Below are positions 12,492 through 24,965 of a stretch of DNA of 64,000 nucleotides, piece after piece. Each line of letters starts with the position of its first letter. Position 1 is the stretch's first letter. Made by a program: the position numbers and the translations under genes. Source of the DNA: Amoeboaphelidium protococcarum X5 (Eukaryota; Fungi; Aphelidiomycota); assembly GCA_023515725.1 (NCBI GenBank), contig JALDTO010000213.1:380280-444279 (forward strand). Reading direction: 5' to 3'. The notes beneath the pieces were generated by a model. That model was given only the letters and a program-made list of their open reading frames with translations. It ran no database searches and was not told the origin of the DNA.

Positions 12492-13052
12492 ATGATAAAC
12501 AAGCCTCAGATTCGGTATAAACCTTTGGACAGATAGTAATTGAAATAGGCGAATGGTTATCAAGCCCGCCGAGCAATGTATTTGCTGTTGATACTGCTGG
12601 CATTAATCGGTGTAGCTTTGTACGCCACTAGTAGTACTAAGCAAGATAGTCAGTAGGAATTATTGCTGAGCTCATCCGATAAGAAGTCTTCTGTTTTCTA
12701 AGCGGACACTGATGCTGACACGTAATCTTAATCAGGTGCGATGGATACATCACTCGATGGAAACAGTCAAGAATTTAATCAATAGCAGTCGTTCATAGTG
12801 ATGTTTAAATCTGATACTCCTCTTGAAACTGTGAAGAAGACTGCAGAGGAATTGAAAGAGAAATATCAGGTCACTATCACGCACATGTATGAATCTTTAC
12901 TCGGCTTCAGCTATACCATTCCGACATCCTCATCTAACGGTGAAAATGTGAGTGAAAGTGATGATCAAATCGGTATAAAGCTGATGCATTTACTGCAATT
13001 GCGAAGTGACGTGTCTTCGGTTGAACAGGATCAAGCAATGTCAATCAACTGA
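12492..13052 (+). CDS. Stand-alone peptidase inhibitor I9 domain protein with N-terminal membrane anchor/signal
   Basis: Hydrophobic MYLLLILLALIGVALYA, then SFIVMFKSD...ITHMYESLLGFSY...DVSSVEQDQAMSIN, the subtilisin-propeptide (I9) pattern. No protease domain follows. Confidence 0.75.
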
Positions 13053-13389
13053 TTGCTCTCAAGTTTTGTAATTAAAGTATGAAGCGTGGTTTGAATAAAT
13101 TTGTAAAGTGTTTAATGACTCACTATAGTAGGTAGAAGCTCATGTTGCAATTTATTTTAATTTCGTGTATTATTAGCTTCAATTCACTTTCGACACAACA
13201 TTAATCATAGTGTGGGACAGGTGTTCAAACTGGTTAAAGTCGAATGCGGCCTAACCCAAAATGGACCAATCACTTAATCAAATGACTTTGAATCAGAATG
13301 GCTCCTCCTTTAATCTCGTGACCACTTTATTCTTTTCTTTATACTGTAACCACTTTTATCCGATTGAATTTGATTATTTTATTTAGAAC

Positions 13390-13770
13390 ATGATTCACAT
13401 CAAGTCTTTATGCATTTTAGTGCTGATGGTTGTGTCTGCAGTGTATGGAATGGTTGGTTATCCTCCGCGCACATGGACTGAAGAAGATATCAAGTAGAAT
13501 TCTGTAAACAGCTCTTATATCGTGCAATTTCAGAATACCACTCAGTGGACGTATATTGAGTCCTCTCAGTATAATATCACACTGAAGTTTGGTGGCTACG
13601 TGATTAATAACTACACGACGCCGGATTTCTTTTTGGGATACGCGTATGATGTGCCTAAAGAAAATGGCACAGCCTCAGTGATCTACCTGTAGAGTGACCC
13701 GAATGTCTTACTGGTGGAGAACAACTCGATTGTCACTATCCAGAGCACTGGAGTTGAAGCGTATTATTGA
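13390..13770 (+). CDS. Secreted stand-alone I9-like protein, 126 aa
   Basis: Signal MIHIKSLCILVLMVVSAVYG; SYIVQFQN...GGYVINNY...FLGYAY...LQSDPNVLLVENNSIVTI. Confidence 0.72.
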
Positions 13771-13904
13771 GTGATGAATTTGAAGCTGATTGATTGAAAT
13801 GGAATACCTTGTACTGTTCGAGTTTGATTTACTATTTTAGCTTTTGTTTTATTGACTTTCAAATTTTTTAATATACCGCCACTAACATTGCGGTTGTACC
13901 CAGA

Positions 13905-14079
13905 AACGCTCGACATCTATGATAATCCAGATCTTTTTCTGGGAGCTAACTATGATGTGGCCATGGAAGATGGAGCTGACTGTGCCCAATATCTGAAATC
14001 TGATTTGAATGTTGTAGGTTTTAGTGAAAACAATCCAAATCATAGGACTACCAATAGTCGCATGTCTATAACTAATTGA
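13905..14079 (+). pseudogene. Truncated third I9-like paralog
   Basis: YDNPDLFLGANYDVAMEDGADCAQYLKSDLNVVGFSENN aligns with YTTPDFFLGYAYDVPKENGTASVIYLQSDPNVLLVENN of the upstream gene. The N-terminal half is missing. Confidence 0.6.
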
Positions 14080-14262
14080 AAATAAAAATTTTAATTAACT
14101 TTTGAAAGAGTGTTATCTAAGTAGCATTTCAATTACAAGTTCCGCAGTCTTGAAGGGTGGGATATTTTTAACATTTCTGCCGAGATCAAACAATCTCTGT
14201 TTCAACTTCTTTCAGTAGCTTTTAAACTTTTTAAAGCACTTAATAACTAGTGTAAAGTCAAT

Positions 14263-15276
14263 ATGGCACAACAAGATTTCACTTAATAGTCCGATTCAAT
14301 ATTCCAAGATAAATGGTAAAAGCTGTTTGGATAAACTCAATATGACATAATCCATAAACTGCGTCCTTAGATAGATAGAATTGAAGCTTATCTACCAAGA
14401 TTCGGTATTTTTACAGGAGCAGCTGATTAGATAGACTCTGCATATATGCGACACATTGTCAACTAGCTGTGTCTTGATACCGTTGCTAACATTAAAGATT
14501 TGAGTATCAGTGTTATTGATCTCACCGCAATGACTGATGCTCAGTTGGATCTTGGCATTGATGACATGAACAATCTCGATTTTGAGAGCATATCAATGGA
14601 AATCATCTCTGATGATGATCAAGTCTAGCTAACTGATCTCAAAAGCAGCGGGCAGCAAAAGATTACCTTTAGCCAAGATTAACTTGCGATAATACGTAAT
14701 ATTGATCCTCAGCTGATTGATATGAAGAAGCAAGAGCTAAGACTGTCAAAGCAATTTAAAGAGTAATGCGAGCGATTTCAACATTTGAGATTGAAAGTTA
14801 TTGAATAGATTCGTCAACACAAATTGCCGCTATCTGAAGATGAGAGAAAAGAGTAGAGGAGACAGAAAATGTAACAGAGGTAAATCGTTGAGAAGAGTTC
14901 CCACCATTAAGACATTAAGCAAGTGCATATTGTGCAAATGCAGCAGGATTAAGCAATTTCACATGGCATTAAAGCAGATCATAACACCCAGTCAGCTGTT
15001 ACCTTGGTTAATTAAGAAAAGGCCGAGTCTATTGTTTCTGTGAGCCATCATTCAAACGACATTTAGCCGTTGGTGAAGCGTCTCAATCGAATGATGACTA
15101 ACCAGAGAATCACGTTGCACAAGCTTGAATCTGTTCGTGATATCACATGCTCAGATGAAGATTCCACCAAGGCTTGGCGTCGTCCGTGGTATACTCAGAG
15201 ATATTAGCTCACAGCTTTTATTCTAGGAATTATAGTACTGGCATGTATCATCACGGCGCTTGCTTTAGCGCGATGA
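14263..15276 (+). CDS. Tail-anchored coiled-coil protein, probably a divergent syntaxin/Qa-SNARE, 337 aa
   Basis: Continuous TAR=Gln frame. RLSKQFKEQCERFQ resembles the syntaxin Hc helix, and a single C-terminal TM segment (LTAFILGIIVLACIITALALAR) precedes TGA. Confidence 0.55.
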
Positions 15277-15807
15277 AGTCATGATATTCTGACGCGTCTT
15301 TCAATCGTGTCTGCATATGCCTCAACGCGTGGATTAGATCCTTAGTTATACCAAGCTAAAGGGATGATGATGATAAAGAAAATAGAAATGTTTTTGACAA
15401 TAATAATAAAAAAGCTAACTCAAATGCGTCCTATCATACAAACCATTTCTCATCTTCCCAATTTGATTGCGTTGGACCACAAGATCCTGAGATCAAGTGG
15501 GTGGGAGAAATCGAAGAGCTGGGGTTATATGTGTAATCATATAGGAATCTGGCTTTTATCCAAAAGTGCTATGTAATTGACTATAAACTATAACAGTTCT
15601 TGATTAATACTTTTTACGCGTTTTCTTATTGATGATGAATAGAAAAAAACTGGGATCGCTAATTTGGCCTCTGAACCAAAGCGACCGAAAAGCGATAGAT
15701 TTCGTGAATCGCGTTCATCTTTGTTTCTACAGAGTGTGGTAAGAACGTTTCCATCTCCCTACTCATTCTACAGATTTAAAGTAGAGCGTTATTATAATAC
15801 TTCCGAT

Positions 15808-17349
15808 ATGGCCCAATTATTCAATAAGGAATTTATAGCGGAATGGAGACCAGATGATAGTTTGGGCAGATTGTAAGAGTTGGTAAACCGTAAGCTCAAA
15901 AGTCAAAAGCTTACCGTCTCTGGATTCTAATGGTTGTTTCGACTTGTACTTCGAACTCTATAGCTGTTTCTTTATTATCTTACTGGCCTTAGCACAAAGT
16001 AGACGAAGACATAAGGCGATGAGGTGAATATAGCGCGATAGTATGATATAAGTTTGTAAATGGCGCATAGTCTGTGTAATAAAACTTAATGGCAAATCGC
16101 TACGAGTCCTAATGGCTAGCATGTGGCAGTTTTGATGGATGATCATGTCTTAATATGGGATAGAGATAGTGCTCAGAGTTTTGAAGTTAAAGTCCATTCA
16201 CCTCAGCGTAACTTTTTGGAGTTGCGTCGAACGAAATGGTCTTTTGATGGTAAATTGCTCGCCATAAGTTATTGCGATGGCTCTGTCGATATCATCAACG
16301 TTGACCAGTAACAACTGGTGTTTTACCTTTAGCATTCTGATTTAAATGCTCAAGAATAAAGCAAGTCGTCTTCTGATGGAGACAGTTTAATTGTATTTAT
16401 TGACTGGATGGATCCTCACGTTAATGGCAGATCATTGTATTAATCGCGTCGGTTTAGATATGAGTTGATTCTTGGTTCTCTGTCTGGTAAATTAGAGTTT
16501 TACTATCTCTATGCTCTATAAAGCGAGTAATTGGATGGTAAAGCTTCTGTGTTATTTGAAAAGTATTCTAGGCAGTAGGCAGACGCAGGTATTAATATAG
16601 CTTATCACCATTCATTCAATGACTCCTCTCTATCGAATGTCTTGTGCGGACGTGTAATTAAGTCTGAATCGGATTAGCAACTGATTGTTGTAGCTGGAAC
16701 TAGCTATAAAGATCATATTCAAGTGTTCAAACCTATAATGAAAGAGCCATTCTTACAGCCATTGTACAAAGTTAATGGTGATGAAGAAGATGGGTAGTTG
16801 AGAGGTTCACGGTTTCAGTAACTCAATTTAACACTTTTGTTTAGATTAAGGACGAATGACCAAGTTTCTGGTGATGCTAGTTGTGTAATCAGTGTCGATT
16901 ATAGTGATTGTAACTAATATCTACTATCACTCTCTGCTGATGGAAGTCTGCGAGTCTATAATACCAGTTTGAAGCATGAATATCTAGAAGATGCCTTACT
17001 GCAATATATTACAATTGACCAAGTGCAAAGCCTATGTAAAGTTGACAGTTGTATCATTAATGCTAGGTGGTATAGCAAGCAGAAGATACTTTTACAGTTT
17101 AAAAGTGGCCATGTCGTCGTGTTTAAATTACAACAATCTGGCGATCCGTTTGAAGTTGTAGAATAGTTTCGATTTACCTCAAATCAAATGATCGACGTGG
17201 TGATTATCGAAGATCATAGTGACTCGTCGCCCTCAGAGATGTTAGTGCTTGAAATGAGTTCCATAGTTCACAAGGTAAAGACTGACTCACAAGGCAACAT
17301 TGTAGGTGGTCTCTCGAAATCTGCATCAAAGCTGAAGTTGGACTAGTGA
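15808..17349 (+). CDS. NBAS (Sec39/NAG) N-terminal beta-propeller part, 513 aa
   Basis: LCNKTQWQIATSPNGQHVAVLMDDHVLIW...LRRTKWSFDGKLLAISYCDGSVDII resembles the NBAS N-terminus. The frame closes at TGA 17347-17349. Confidence 0.72.
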
Positions 17350-17554
17350 TATATAATTTCAGATATGTTTTCCCACTATTTCTTCCTTTCTTTAATCTTC
17401 ATACCAGGAGCAATTACATTGTGATCACCCTTATGATGCTTTGATGAAACGCGTTTAGTTCGCGCGCGCATCTTTCGCGTTCCCTTCGTCTTCACTTTCA
17501 TTCCTGGTTGGCTTAATTTAGTCTTAGTTCTACGTGATATATTTGCCAGTCAGT

Positions 17555-19601
17555 ATGAAAGGTTAAATTCTTGTCTTTTACCATATTAGTTAGAAAAATT
17601 TATAGTATCATTAATAGTAATGTAGTTGAAAAGAGGCGGAATGAAAGTTTTCTGGCTTAATAATTGCTTTATCCACTGGCACAGATTTTGAACCTTGTCA
17701 CTGGATTTAAGATATTTGACACTCAACTTCCTGAGCGTATAGTCAGTGTTGAGAGTCGTCAGTTTAAACTGACTTCAATTACTGAGACTACGCCGCTGAA
17801 TATTGTGCAAAGTAAATTATAACTCGGTCAGTATGAGGAGGCTCTGAGTATTGCAAAATAGTACAGTTTGAGTTAGGATTTAGTGTTTAAACATTAGTGG
17901 ATGAATACTCGGATTAAAGATGTTGACTTGATCAAGAAAGTGTTGCATAGAATTCAAGATGTTCATTGGTAGATTTAGCAATGTATATCAACTGTATGCT
18001 GCAATGTAGAACCTTAATTATATTTATGCAATTATGGAATCAGTCTTACTAATGTGTTGGATGAACTCTGCTCTTCTGAAGGTGATACAGACTTATAATC
18101 ACGACTAGATAAAGTTGTTCTGACTAAAGATTAATTAGATAATGATGAGCTTAGATTATTGACATTCTGCTAGCAAAGGTTTTGTCTTTTGCGCTGTTTA
18201 GATAAATTGTAAACTTTGGAATGTCTATTGAGATTGCCAGAATTCAAGCTGGTAATGTCCGATTATACATTCACTCAATTGTATGCTGAATGGAGTCAAT
18301 TATCACTGTAAAGTATTGCAGGTTGGATGGCTGAGCGTTAGACGATTGAATCGATTTGCATACTGTTGACTAGACATAAAAGTGATATCTCTGTAGATGA
18401 TTTGCTATCTATTATCGATCACCTGCCAGAGGTTTGCAGTTTTGACTCTTCTCAGCTTCTAGTTGATGCGTACCGAGATGCTCCTCTAAACTTTCGTGAT
18501 AAAGACTGGGTTGAATATGATTAGATTAAATAGTAGTTGTAATTGCAGAAAGATTTAAATGCAGATAATGTATAGTCTAATGGTAATGATTTAGAGGAAT
18601 TGATCATTTAGAATCGTTAAAAGAGAAGTCTGATTGTGGACTTTGTGACTAATTGTACAAGCATTGCTTTGGAATTTGCTGGAGAGTAGAATCAAGATTT
18701 GCGATTAATAGGTGAGTATCTCTATGATATGAATCTTGTAGAGTTTAAAGACGTGGATCTGTTTGAATTGCCTGATAAAAGTCTGTTTTTGTAACTGGAC
18801 AAGTTTTAAAAGTTGCCATTGAAAGACTAAATATCAACTATGCTAGAACGTGGAATAGTGCGTCTTTAAACTTTGTACTATGCTGACTTGCTTGTGAATG
18901 ATCTGCAGCGACATTTGAGTCATCTCTAATTTGATAAAGATGGAATCGAGTATTTAGTAGATCATCTATCGAGTATCTGCTGTAAAGATGTGAAAGCTGC
19001 CAAGTCTTTATTTTAAAAGCTATCTACTACTAACAAGTCAAAGTAATCTTATAGCTTTGAGTTTGGATCATATTCACTTGAAGTGTAGAGAGTGGTGGAC
19101 TAGATTTTGTTCAAGTGCACAGCTGATATTAATGAGCGTAGTGGCCATTTGGCGTATGAATGGCTCGGTGTCATTGATGACTTGATTAATCGTGTGATTG
19201 CTCTCCCCTTCGACAAGCAGAGAATATAGCCAATCAAATTGATACTCACAGGTTGGTATAACGTTTAAATGAAAGATTATGAGTCTGCATCATTAGAAGT
19301 GGAAACACTGTTATAAATGACATTGAAAGGGGATGCAGATTTGCAATATCTGAGTTCTCATCTGGCACTACAGCTAGTAAATGAATCAAGGTATAAGGAT
19401 TACGAGACAAAAGTGAAAATAATTGCATAGTTGATTACCAGTCACACTGCTGATTACTCCAATTACAATTTGAATGAAGTCATGTATGCCTATTAGACTC
19501 TAATGGATCAGTCTCAGGTCATGTATCCTCAATCTTAACAGAAAGCATTGAAAGAACTAAATGCAAGTTCTCTCAAGAGTGCCATATAAATGTTTACATG
19601 A
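17555..19601 (+). CDS. NBAS/Sec39 helical part, about 660 aa, one intron (17562-17625)
   Basis: QFKLTSITETTPLNIVQSKLQLGQYEEALSIAKQYSLSQDLVFKHQW matches the NBAS motif YRLVSL..TTPEEL...K....YEEAL.LA..Y.LD.DLVY..QW. Has its own ATG and a GTTAAA...ATGTAG intron. Confidence 0.75.
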
Positions 19602-19647
19602 ACAATAATGTATATTTATTCATTATCTTATCCTCTTATAACGCTTT

Positions 19648-20224
19648 TCAATCTTCAGAGCTCTCACAATGTTGCTTGTACGCGTCTGCGTCCAACAACT
19701 GATCAAGCTACGATGGATCACTCAACTCCACCTTTGCCATCCAACCTACACATTCTTAGTGAGAAAATGGAAATGAATGTTCGCCCAAATATGTTCTAAA
19801 TGAAGTAGCCTACCTTCACCTTCAGGATCGCTGTTGATCATGGACGGCGATGACTCTAGCTCTGTATTGCTCTCAACCACCTTGCCAGAGACTGGAGTGT
19901 AAATGTCGCTGGCCGCCTTCACAGACTCGACCGCTCCCAAGACGTTCTTCTACTCTAACTGCTTTCCAACAGGCGGAACTTCAACAAACACAACATCTCC
20001 AAGTGCTCTCTGCGCGTAATCAGTAATGCCAATAGTTCCAATCTTTCCGCTCTTGTCCACGCTGATCCACTCATGCTCAAGCGTGAACTTTTTAACACTT
20101 GCTACCTTTACAAAATATATGGCCGGCTTAAGTTTATAGATCAGATAATTAACTTACACATGAAGCGACTATAACCGCGATTGCGGAGAGTCAAAGTTGA
20201 ACGCAATTTAGTAATATTAAGCAT
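19648..20224 (-). CDS. GCV3: Glycine cleavage system H protein, two introns (20102-20157, 19746-19813)
   Basis: Arg-rich presequence, [25 protein letters not shown] and the lipoyl motif [18 protein letters not shown]. Confidence 0.95.
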
Positions 20225-20426
20225 GATGGAGTATATGAGATTTAATTTAGTTGTCCTACTTACTTCAGAAAGTCAAAGGAAGTTCTCTTTTACACAGCGC
20301 GACGAAAAACGATCTCGCCATTCGTAAAGCGCGTCGAATCTTTGTCTTGCCTTCTCTTTATCTAAAGCTTATTACACTGTATATACTGAGCACTTTTTTA
20401 GGCATAAGTTCCCTTTGAAAGATAAT

Positions 20427-21461
20427 ATGACGATGGAATAGTAGATATCAGCTGATGAGGCAGCTCTGTATGATCGATAGATAAGATTGTGGGGACTCGG
20501 TGGATAGCAGAAATTGAGAAGCTCCTCAACATTGCTCTGTGGTGATTTAAAGTCCAACTTGGCTATTGAAACTCTGAAGAATCTTGCACTAGCCGGTGTT
20601 GGGTCTATTACTTTGCTCAGTTAGTAGAAGATTGACGGTTGTGAGTAGTCCACAAGTACTTTTGTTCTGAGTGGTGTCGATGGCCAGGACCGCACGCATG
20701 ATTTCGTTGCTGAATACTTGCAAGATTACTTGAATGAGCTTAACCATCGTGTCAAGTGCAATGTTATCACTGATGGCGCGGACACTTTGATTTATGATGC
20801 TCAATTTGTCGCATAATTTAGTGTAATAGTCTTGGTCGGTTCCACCAATTGGTCCTAGTTGGTGAGATTGGATAATGTGACCAGACCGTTGAATGTGGCC
20901 CTGTATTCTGCTTGCACACTGGGTGATTACGGCTGGATTCTAAATGACTTGGGATCGAGAGAGCATCAATACTACACGACTAGCAAGTAACTAAAGCAGG
21001 ATCAAGAGGCGGTTCAAGTCAACACGAACCATTCAACATAATGGCCGTCCTTGGAGCAGCTCTTGGATTTTTAATTACCATCACAGACAGTTCCTCTATC
21101 CACCAAGAAGGTTTCACGCGTCGTGTCGCCGTTGTTTTGCGCGTTTCAGATTCTGTTTTAAAACGTTCAAGGTGATGATGATGGCGCGTCTTCTTTGCGT
21201 GATTTAGATTAGTCCAAGTGCAACGAGTTCATTGAAGAGTATGTGAAGGCCAAGAATCTTCCTGAAAGTTACATTAATGCGGATCTACTTTTATCTATAA
21301 AGAATAGTGTTGAACGCGATGAACCAACAACTGGTGCAATTCTGGGTGGTATCTTGGCACAGGATTTGCTGAGATTGTTGTCAGGCAAGGATTGTCCTAT
21401 CAGGAATGCGTTTGTCTTTGACGCGAATGCTAGCTCTGGTATAGTTCATTTTTTGAACTGA
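20427..21461 (+). CDS. AOS1: SUMO-activating enzyme subunit 1 (Aos1/SAE1), 344 aa
   Basis: EAALYDR(TAG=Q)IRLWG, KNLALAGVGSITL and AILGGILAQD motifs. Confidence 0.88.
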
Positions 21462-23300
21462 CCCTTTCAATGTTTGATGGTAGTTGGTATATTGTGTGAA
21501 TATTCTGAATGAATAAAGTTGTAATTTGTATATAGTTTTGTGACCACCAAGTACTTTTTGATAAGTACTGGTAGAATTTGAAAAGTCTTTCGATCAGGCT
21601 TAAGTTTCCACCAAGACGTATAATGGCTAAAGTGATATCAGATTGATATTTTTTAGCACACGCGAAAGTATAAGATGCAATCGCAAGGCAACAATGTGTT
21701 TAAAAGCTGAGCATAACAAACAGTTCATTACTCACTGGAAAAAAGATAAGAAGTTCTATACTAAAGTTTAAATCTACCACTTTTTTACTCTATCAACCTT
21801 CTATCGTCCTATTAGCTTTCAACCATCAACGCTCTTGTTGGCTCCAACAAATTCAAACGATGAAGTACCAAGTAAAGCAGTCAGTTTAAAGATGCATCAC
21901 CAGAGTATTCCCCCTAGCGGGCAACAGCATAATAATTGCTGTTTGATTAGTCAGCAAATCATATGTTCCCATCGCACCTGGACAGCTCTTTACGCGTCCC
22001 ACTTGATCATTTTTCGTTCCTGCTACAGCCAGGCTTCTTCAGATTTATTATTCCCTGACGGGCACTCAGTACTGCTTCACCACCTTTGATGGTGAGTTTG
22101 ATCGACTTAATTCTTTTTACGGCATTAATCGCTATATCTCTATTGGCACTGAACTGTCCACCCTAGATACTGTACATTGGATTCAGTAGTAGCCAGTAAT
22201 TTGCAATCAGCTTATACAAAATCTGATCTGCTCATATCTTTGTACTCGGTTAATCCTCGAGCACTATTTAATCGCCAAAAATGATTGATCAGCTTTATTT
22301 CTTAAGCCACAATCTCATTAAACAGCTCCAGTGAATGAGATTTTGTAACTCCAGCAGGAACATCTACTAGTTCCATATGGTTGCCAGGAGGGTGAAGTTT
22401 AGCCTGCCAAAGTGGTGGCGCAGTTCCTACATAATGGTAATATTGTATTTATAAAACGCACTCTTACTCTCATAGTCCATAATCCCTTGTCTCCTGCTAG
22501 CGGGCGTTTTTCCAAGGGAATCAAACTAGATACAGTAGTTCCAGCTCGGACAAGTGCAACGCTACTGATGTTTGCAGCCGTAGACCGGTTTTCCATCAGG
22601 CGCGGCTCATAATAGGATAATCTGCGCAGCCTAGTAATTTGTCCAGGACTTTTCTAATTTTGCAGCCATCATATAAAAGAGGTCTGTCGTGCTTGGCGCC
22701 CTTACAATTTGCCAGCTTAATTAGTAGTTTGTGAGTTCCATTCTTGTAGTACTAAGGCGCCGTCCACACAATTAAATAGCCGCCGAAACCATCAGGAAAA
22801 GGAAGTTGCTAATCAAACTGCACGTAATGATTATTGACGCGTGATGATACATCGCAGCAATCATTTAATGTACAAATGTTTACATCAAGCTATCAAGACT
22901 GATTCTGCAGCATCCTTGTCAAATTAGCTATTTAAATGAACCACGCACAACCACAAGTCTGGGTTCAGCAGATGAGGGGCACACGCGCGTTGTCTCGCTT
23001 AAAGATGTTGCCCGGCATAAATGCTCAACGTTCCCGTCCGCCATAAGAGATATCCCATCATTATCAAGCGGTAAGCAATTTCGCCCATTTACACCCCATA
23101 TGCGAATATACACAGAATCATGGCACATTTTACGATTCATGTTATGGTATTGTTTGAGTTTGAGAGCTCCATCGACAATTTCAGCATGATCTTGTAACAA
23201 TGCCAAACCGTGGGCGACAAATTACTCATTGATCCGATGATGTTGAAAATAATCCGCTAACTAATCCATCATGTTTGATATCATTCTTGCAAAACTATAT

Positions 23301-23346
23301 TAGTATCACAACTAGAGGACTATTTTAGTATTACAACTAGAGGACT
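23301..23346. repeat. Short direct repeat (21-bp unit twice, 25-bp period) upstream of tRNA-Ile
   Basis: tagtatcacaactagaggact attt tagtattacaactagaggact. Confidence 0.7.
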
Positions 23347-23482
23347 TAAGCTGACAAGTGCAATCAATTTCATGAATTACAGTGTGTCTGACGCGTGTTA
23401 TCGCTGTTTGTCAACTCTTTACATACAGTAAATATCTTTAATAATGGTAAATTTTCATCTGAAATGGGATGAACTTCTCATA

Positions 23483-23555
23483 TCTCGGTTAGCTTAGTCG
23501 GTAGAGCGCAGTGCTAATAACGCTGAGGTCCCAGGTTCGATCCCTGTACCGAGCA
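23483..23555 (+). tRNA. tRNA-Ile(AAT), with genomic T1:C72 mismatch
   Basis: TCTCGGT TA GCTT AGTCGGTA GAGC G CAGTG CTAATAA CGCTG AGGTC CCAGG TTCGATC CCTGT ACCGAGC A, followed by a T-run terminator. Confidence 0.9.
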
Positions 23556-24874
23556 TATTTTTTGAATTCTTGATATCCTGATGTTGATAAACTTTTAGTT
23601 GTGTTGTAGTATCAAATTTCAACCTTGGATCCAATTTTTACTGCATTATTGAATGTTTCGCATCAGTTTCCATTCTCGCGAAAGAATGTGAGAATTTATT
23701 TTTGGGAATTTCATGCATTCGTGAAACGGTTGAAAGTGGCTACACGTCCATTTTACAACTATATGTATCAGCATCGAAGGTGGTACTTCCCATGGGTTGA
23801 TGGTTCAGTACTGCTCCCGTGATAAAAGCGAGCCTAGTGTCATAGCGTCGTAGTAAGTGCTTTGCCATCTTCTTCACTCAATACACCTCCTGGACTATGG
23901 TAAATTGAGACGCGACGCGAGTAATAAATTTATAAATATAATGAACGAATAGACTTTATTTTACTGTTCAAGTCAACACTTTATAATGCCATTAAAGTCT
24001 TTCTAATACCTAGAACTCGGTCTATATATCGAGAGGTATGAACGTGAAATGGCATCAAGGAACTCATACATCGTGACATAAGATTAGACTCAACTCAAAT
24101 GAAATGACATCAACTTCTTCAGGGACTCTTCCGCTTTGAATCTACCGCCCTGAATCTAAAGTTTTACAGCGTTTTGTGGACGCTATTTCCCCTTTTCTCT
24201 CTTTCTCTTTCTATTCTCTCAGCGCGTAACCAGCCTGTTTAGACAAGTCGCGGGCGTCTTACAGGACTATCTCCCTAGCTATCAAGCTTGTCATCTATGA
24301 AAAACGAGTACGCTGAACAAACAGCTGGCCAAGTTATTGAGTATATTCAAAGGAACATAACACGCTTTGTATTGTTACTTTCGGTCGGGCAAATTAAAAT
24401 TTGATAACAAGAACATATCAGTCTGTGCAGATGCAGCGTTAAAGGCCTTTGGGATAAGGATGCTAAACTAAGTTTCACGCAAAGTAAACTCAATGAATAT
24501 GAGAATTGAGTTAGGTGATGGAAGAGGAGGATTATCAAACGTAACACTATCGCCATTTAAACACACGATTAATCCTAATAATTGGGCGAATCTAGTCACC
24601 AAAATCGGTATATTTATAAGGTTCAAAGCCAGGTTGGTAGAAATCCTCCACCACCTCCAGTGCAAAAAAGACCTCGTGAGCAAGATGCTGATGATGAACT
24701 TGAGAGACTCAGAGTAATTTGTAAGGCACTGGAGGATCACTATGAATACCTGGAGAAGGAGGTGAAGAAGTGGAGAGATCTATATCGTAAAGGATGTTGG
24801 TTGGCAGAAAGAGAATCCGCATCGCTCCAAGTAAAGATCCAAGATTACTGCAGTGATGGCCAAGATTATATCAT

Positions 24875-24965
24875 GTGCTGCAGCGTTGGATATTGAAGCT
24901 GACTCAAATTCGTGGGTATGTGATAGTGGGTCAACCTCGTTTGTCACTGGTAAAAAGCACTATCC
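24875..24965 (+). mobile_element. Ty1/copia aspartic protease relic
   Basis: ADSNSWVCDSGSTSFVTGKK matches the copia protease W..DSG(A/S)T.H.T motif. The surrounding frames are broken. Confidence 0.6.

Noticed and set aside
15290-15640. Possible small ORF between the syntaxin-like gene and NBAS
   Set aside because: No convincing start, intron or homology.
19252-19430. Two possible GT-AG introns near the end of the NBAS second part
   Set aside because: Both are 3n and TGA-free, the frame is open without splicing, and neither ends in the local TGTAG consensus.
21500-23300. Long TGA-poor frames on both strands upstream of tRNA-Ile
   Set aside because: No recognisable domain, and long open frames arise easily by chance with a single stop codon. 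Left unannotated as probable decayed accessory DNA.
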